This document shows positions 30,590 through 32,000 of a stretch of DNA of 32,000 bases, piece after piece. The stretch is taken from contig NC_000962.3 in assembly GCF_000195955.2 (NCBI RefSeq), positions 1,920,001 to 1,952,000 on the forward strand. The letters are read 5' to 3'. A program made the translations under genes and the position numbers. The notes beneath the pieces were generated by a model. It saw nothing but the letters and a program-made list of their open reading frames with translations. It was not told the DNA's origin and ran no database searches. Numbering within the stretch: position 1 is the first letter of the stretch; every line of letters starts with the position of its first letter. The stretch comes from Mycobacterium tuberculosis H37Rv. GTDB taxonomy: Bacteria; Actinomycetota; Actinomycetes; Mycobacteriales; Mycobacteriaceae.

Positions 30590-30631
30590 CGGCTTGTGCC
30601 CACGTAACCGAGTTCCAGGGCGATGGGCTTA

Positions 30632-31051
30632 TTAGCGGAAATATGACTCGTCCCAGGTATCCATACGACGCTTGCGTACCTCGGCGAGCTTGTGGTCAAG
30701 CGCCGCCTGCTCATTTTCGATGGCACGACCGGCGTTTCTCACGGCGTTGTAGACGGCATCGTCCAGTTTGCATAGATCCTTTGCGGACACGTCGGTCGAT
30801 ACGAAAACCGAGAACCGAATACGGTCGTCGAGCAGCGAAATGTCGATCTTTGGTGATGGTTTGAGTTGGCGCTGGAAGTGTTTGGCTAGTGCTTGGATCC
30901 AATACTTTGGCCAATGCGGCACCGGTCTCAGATCGTAGACGATGATGGCTTGCTCGCCGTTGTAGACGCCGATGGGCGCTTCCGCTCGGCTGAAGCATGG
31001 TCGCCGCAGGTTCCGCAGGTCCTGGAGTTCGTTCTCTTCATTACCCACCAT
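30632..31051 (-). CDS. Hypothetical protein with no recognisable domain (Rv1724c-like)
   Basis: 139-aa ORF with an ATG start. Its GC content is visibly lower than its neighbours (roughly mid-50s % by eye). It is charged and Lys-containing, unlike GC-artefact ORFs. Its start overlaps the HxlR-type gene's stop by 11 nt. Confidence 0.6.
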   Translation of the reverse strand: MVGNEENELQDLRNLRRPCFSRAEAPIGVYNGEQAIIVYDLRPVPHWPKYWIQALAKHFQRQLKPSPKIDISLLDDRIRFSVFVSTDVSAKDLCKLDDAVYNAVRNAGRAIENEQAALDHKLAEVRKRRMDTWDESYFR

Positions 31052-31751
31052 GAGCCTCCGGCATCTGGTCTACGGACACCACGGCTTGCCGCATGGCTGG
31101 GGCGAAGGGACTCCAAGCCATCCAGGATGGGAACGCGCGCCGCATCGCCGGCAGGCCGTCCAGTTCGATGCGCTCGGCGGAGATCTCGGCGGCCAGTGTG
31201 CTGCGGCCGCTGTAGACCCGATACAGATCTCGAGGATGGCCGCGCACCGTGAGGTCGACAGGTAGGCATGGATCGTGCAGGCACACCGAGATGTCCCCAG
31301 GTTCCAACACGAGCCAGGCCCACAGTGGCCGCTCGCCGTGGTAGCGGAACTCCACCACCACCCGCCGGCCGGGAAGGGCCTCGGTGTTGACGCGCCGGGA
31401 GATCCACAACGTGAGTAGTTCGGGGTCGCATTCGGCGGGAGTGGGGTCGGCCATCAACCAACGGGAGACCCAGTCCCCCAGGGTCTGCAGCACGGGGCGT
31501 AGCTCCTCGCCGGCCACCGTGAACCGATAGCCCCCGCCCGTGTGTTCGGGGACCGCTTCGATGATGCGGTCGTGCTGAAGTCGGCGTAGCCGCTGGGCCA
31601 GCACCGAGCGGGAGATGCCGGGCAGGCCCCGCTCGATTTCGGTGAACCGCAGCGGGCCGAAGAGCAGCTCCCGCACGATTAGCAGCGTCCAGCGGTCCCC
31701 CAGCAGCTCCGCCGCCCGCGCTACCGGGCAGTACTGGCCGTACGGCTGCAC
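31041..31751 (-). CDS. HxlR-type winged-helix transcriptional regulator with a C-terminal SCP2-like extension (Rv1725c-like)
   Basis: 236 aa with a GTG start. 'YCPVARAAELLGDRWTLLIVRELLFGPLRFTEIERGLPGISRSVLAQRLRRL' is the HxlR/DUF24 signature. An additional ~130-aa C-terminal domain follows. Confidence 0.82.
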   Translation of the reverse strand: MQPYGQYCPVARAAELLGDRWTLLIVRELLFGPLRFTEIERGLPGISRSVLAQRLRRLQHDRIIEAVPEHTGGGYRFTVAGEELRPVLQTLGDWVSRWLMADPTPAECDPELLTLWISRRVNTEALPGRRVVVEFRYHGERPLWAWLVLEPGDISVCLHDPCLPVDLTVRGHPRDLYRVYSGRSTLAAEISAERIELDGLPAMRRAFPSWMAWSPFAPAMRQAVVSVDQMPEAHGG

Positions 31752-31851
31752 GACACCAGGCTAGTCGCCATCCCTGGCTGCGTGGTTCGGAATTCGAACT
31801 TCCCGCACCCCCTGTGGGAGGCGTAACGCTTGGTGCTGGAGGTGAGAGGCG

Positions 31852-32000
31852 ATGACCGCGACGCTGACCAAGACGCTGGGTTCCCTCGACGATTTCAGGG
31901 GAACGCTTTGTGTCCCCGGTGATCCGGACTACCCCAGGGTGCGGGCCATCTGGAACGGGCAGGTGGCCCGCGAACCGGCCTTGATCGCCACGTGCCACGA
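31852..32000 (+). CDS. FAD-linked (PCMH/BBE-like) oxidoreductase, N-terminal 49 codons (continues beyond the window; Rv1726-like)
   Basis: The ATG at 31852 is preceded by GGAGGTGAG. 'LGSLDDFRGTLCVPGDPDYPRVRAIWNGQVAREPALIATC' matches the usual opening of FAD_binding_4 oxidases. The gene is divergent from the HxlR-type regulator. Confidence 0.6.
   Translation, partial: MTATLTKTLGSLDDFRGTLCVPGDPDYPRVRAIWNGQVAREPALIATCH

Noticed and set aside
31756-31798. Short dyads in the HxlR / FAD-oxidase divergent region: CCAGG-N12-CCTGG and TTCG-GAATT-CGAA
   Set aside because: The arms are only 4-5 bp, which is expected by chance in 100 bp. They are not enough to call an operator.

Overview
High-GC (about 65%) actinobacterial chromosome. 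The proteins and their order match the Mycobacterium tuberculosis complex region equivalent to Rv1696 (recN) through Rv1726. This identification comes from recognising the translated ORFs, not from a database search. CycA residue 122 is Gly by my count, the wild-type state rather than the BCG variant as I recall it.

Layout:
- 1-7137 (+): housekeeping block of recN (5'-truncated by the window), a SteA-like gene, mctB, pyrG, a Nudix gene and xerD.
- 7211-13878 (-): a DUF222/HNH 13E12-family gene, a catechol-O-methyltransferase-like gene, cycA, PPE22 and PPE23.
- 13879-14881: a roughly 1 kb gap with no conventional gene. It holds a CsoR/RicR-type palindromic operator fused to a perfect TATAAT, small ORFs, and a decayed MFS transporter fragment.
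- 14882-21679 (+): a SulP/STAS transporter, then six genes chained by overlapping stop/start codons (parA-like, scpA, scpB, rluB-like, cmk, der).
- 21853-26420 (+): a six-gene operon of unknown pathway (SDR, 3-hydroxyacid/acyl-CoA dehydrogenase 'fadB3', cyclase/formamidase, cupin, BKACE/DUF849, IclR regulator), with a good promoter and palindromes upstream.
- 26613-27643: tRNA-Pro(GGG) followed by vapBC12.
- 27861-30589 (+): an ATP-grasp gene coupled to a beta-lactamase-fold hydrolase.
- 30632-32000: a low-GC orphan gene, an HxlR-type regulator, and the start of a divergent FAD oxidoreductase.

I saw no rRNA, CRISPR array or intact IS/transposase. Two copies of a 48-nt MIRU-like repeat sit exactly at gene junctions. 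The best candidates for undescribed biology are the operator plus small-ORF locus at about 14.0-14.5 kb and the BKACE-centred operon. Nothing here looks to me like a wholly new multi-gene system.
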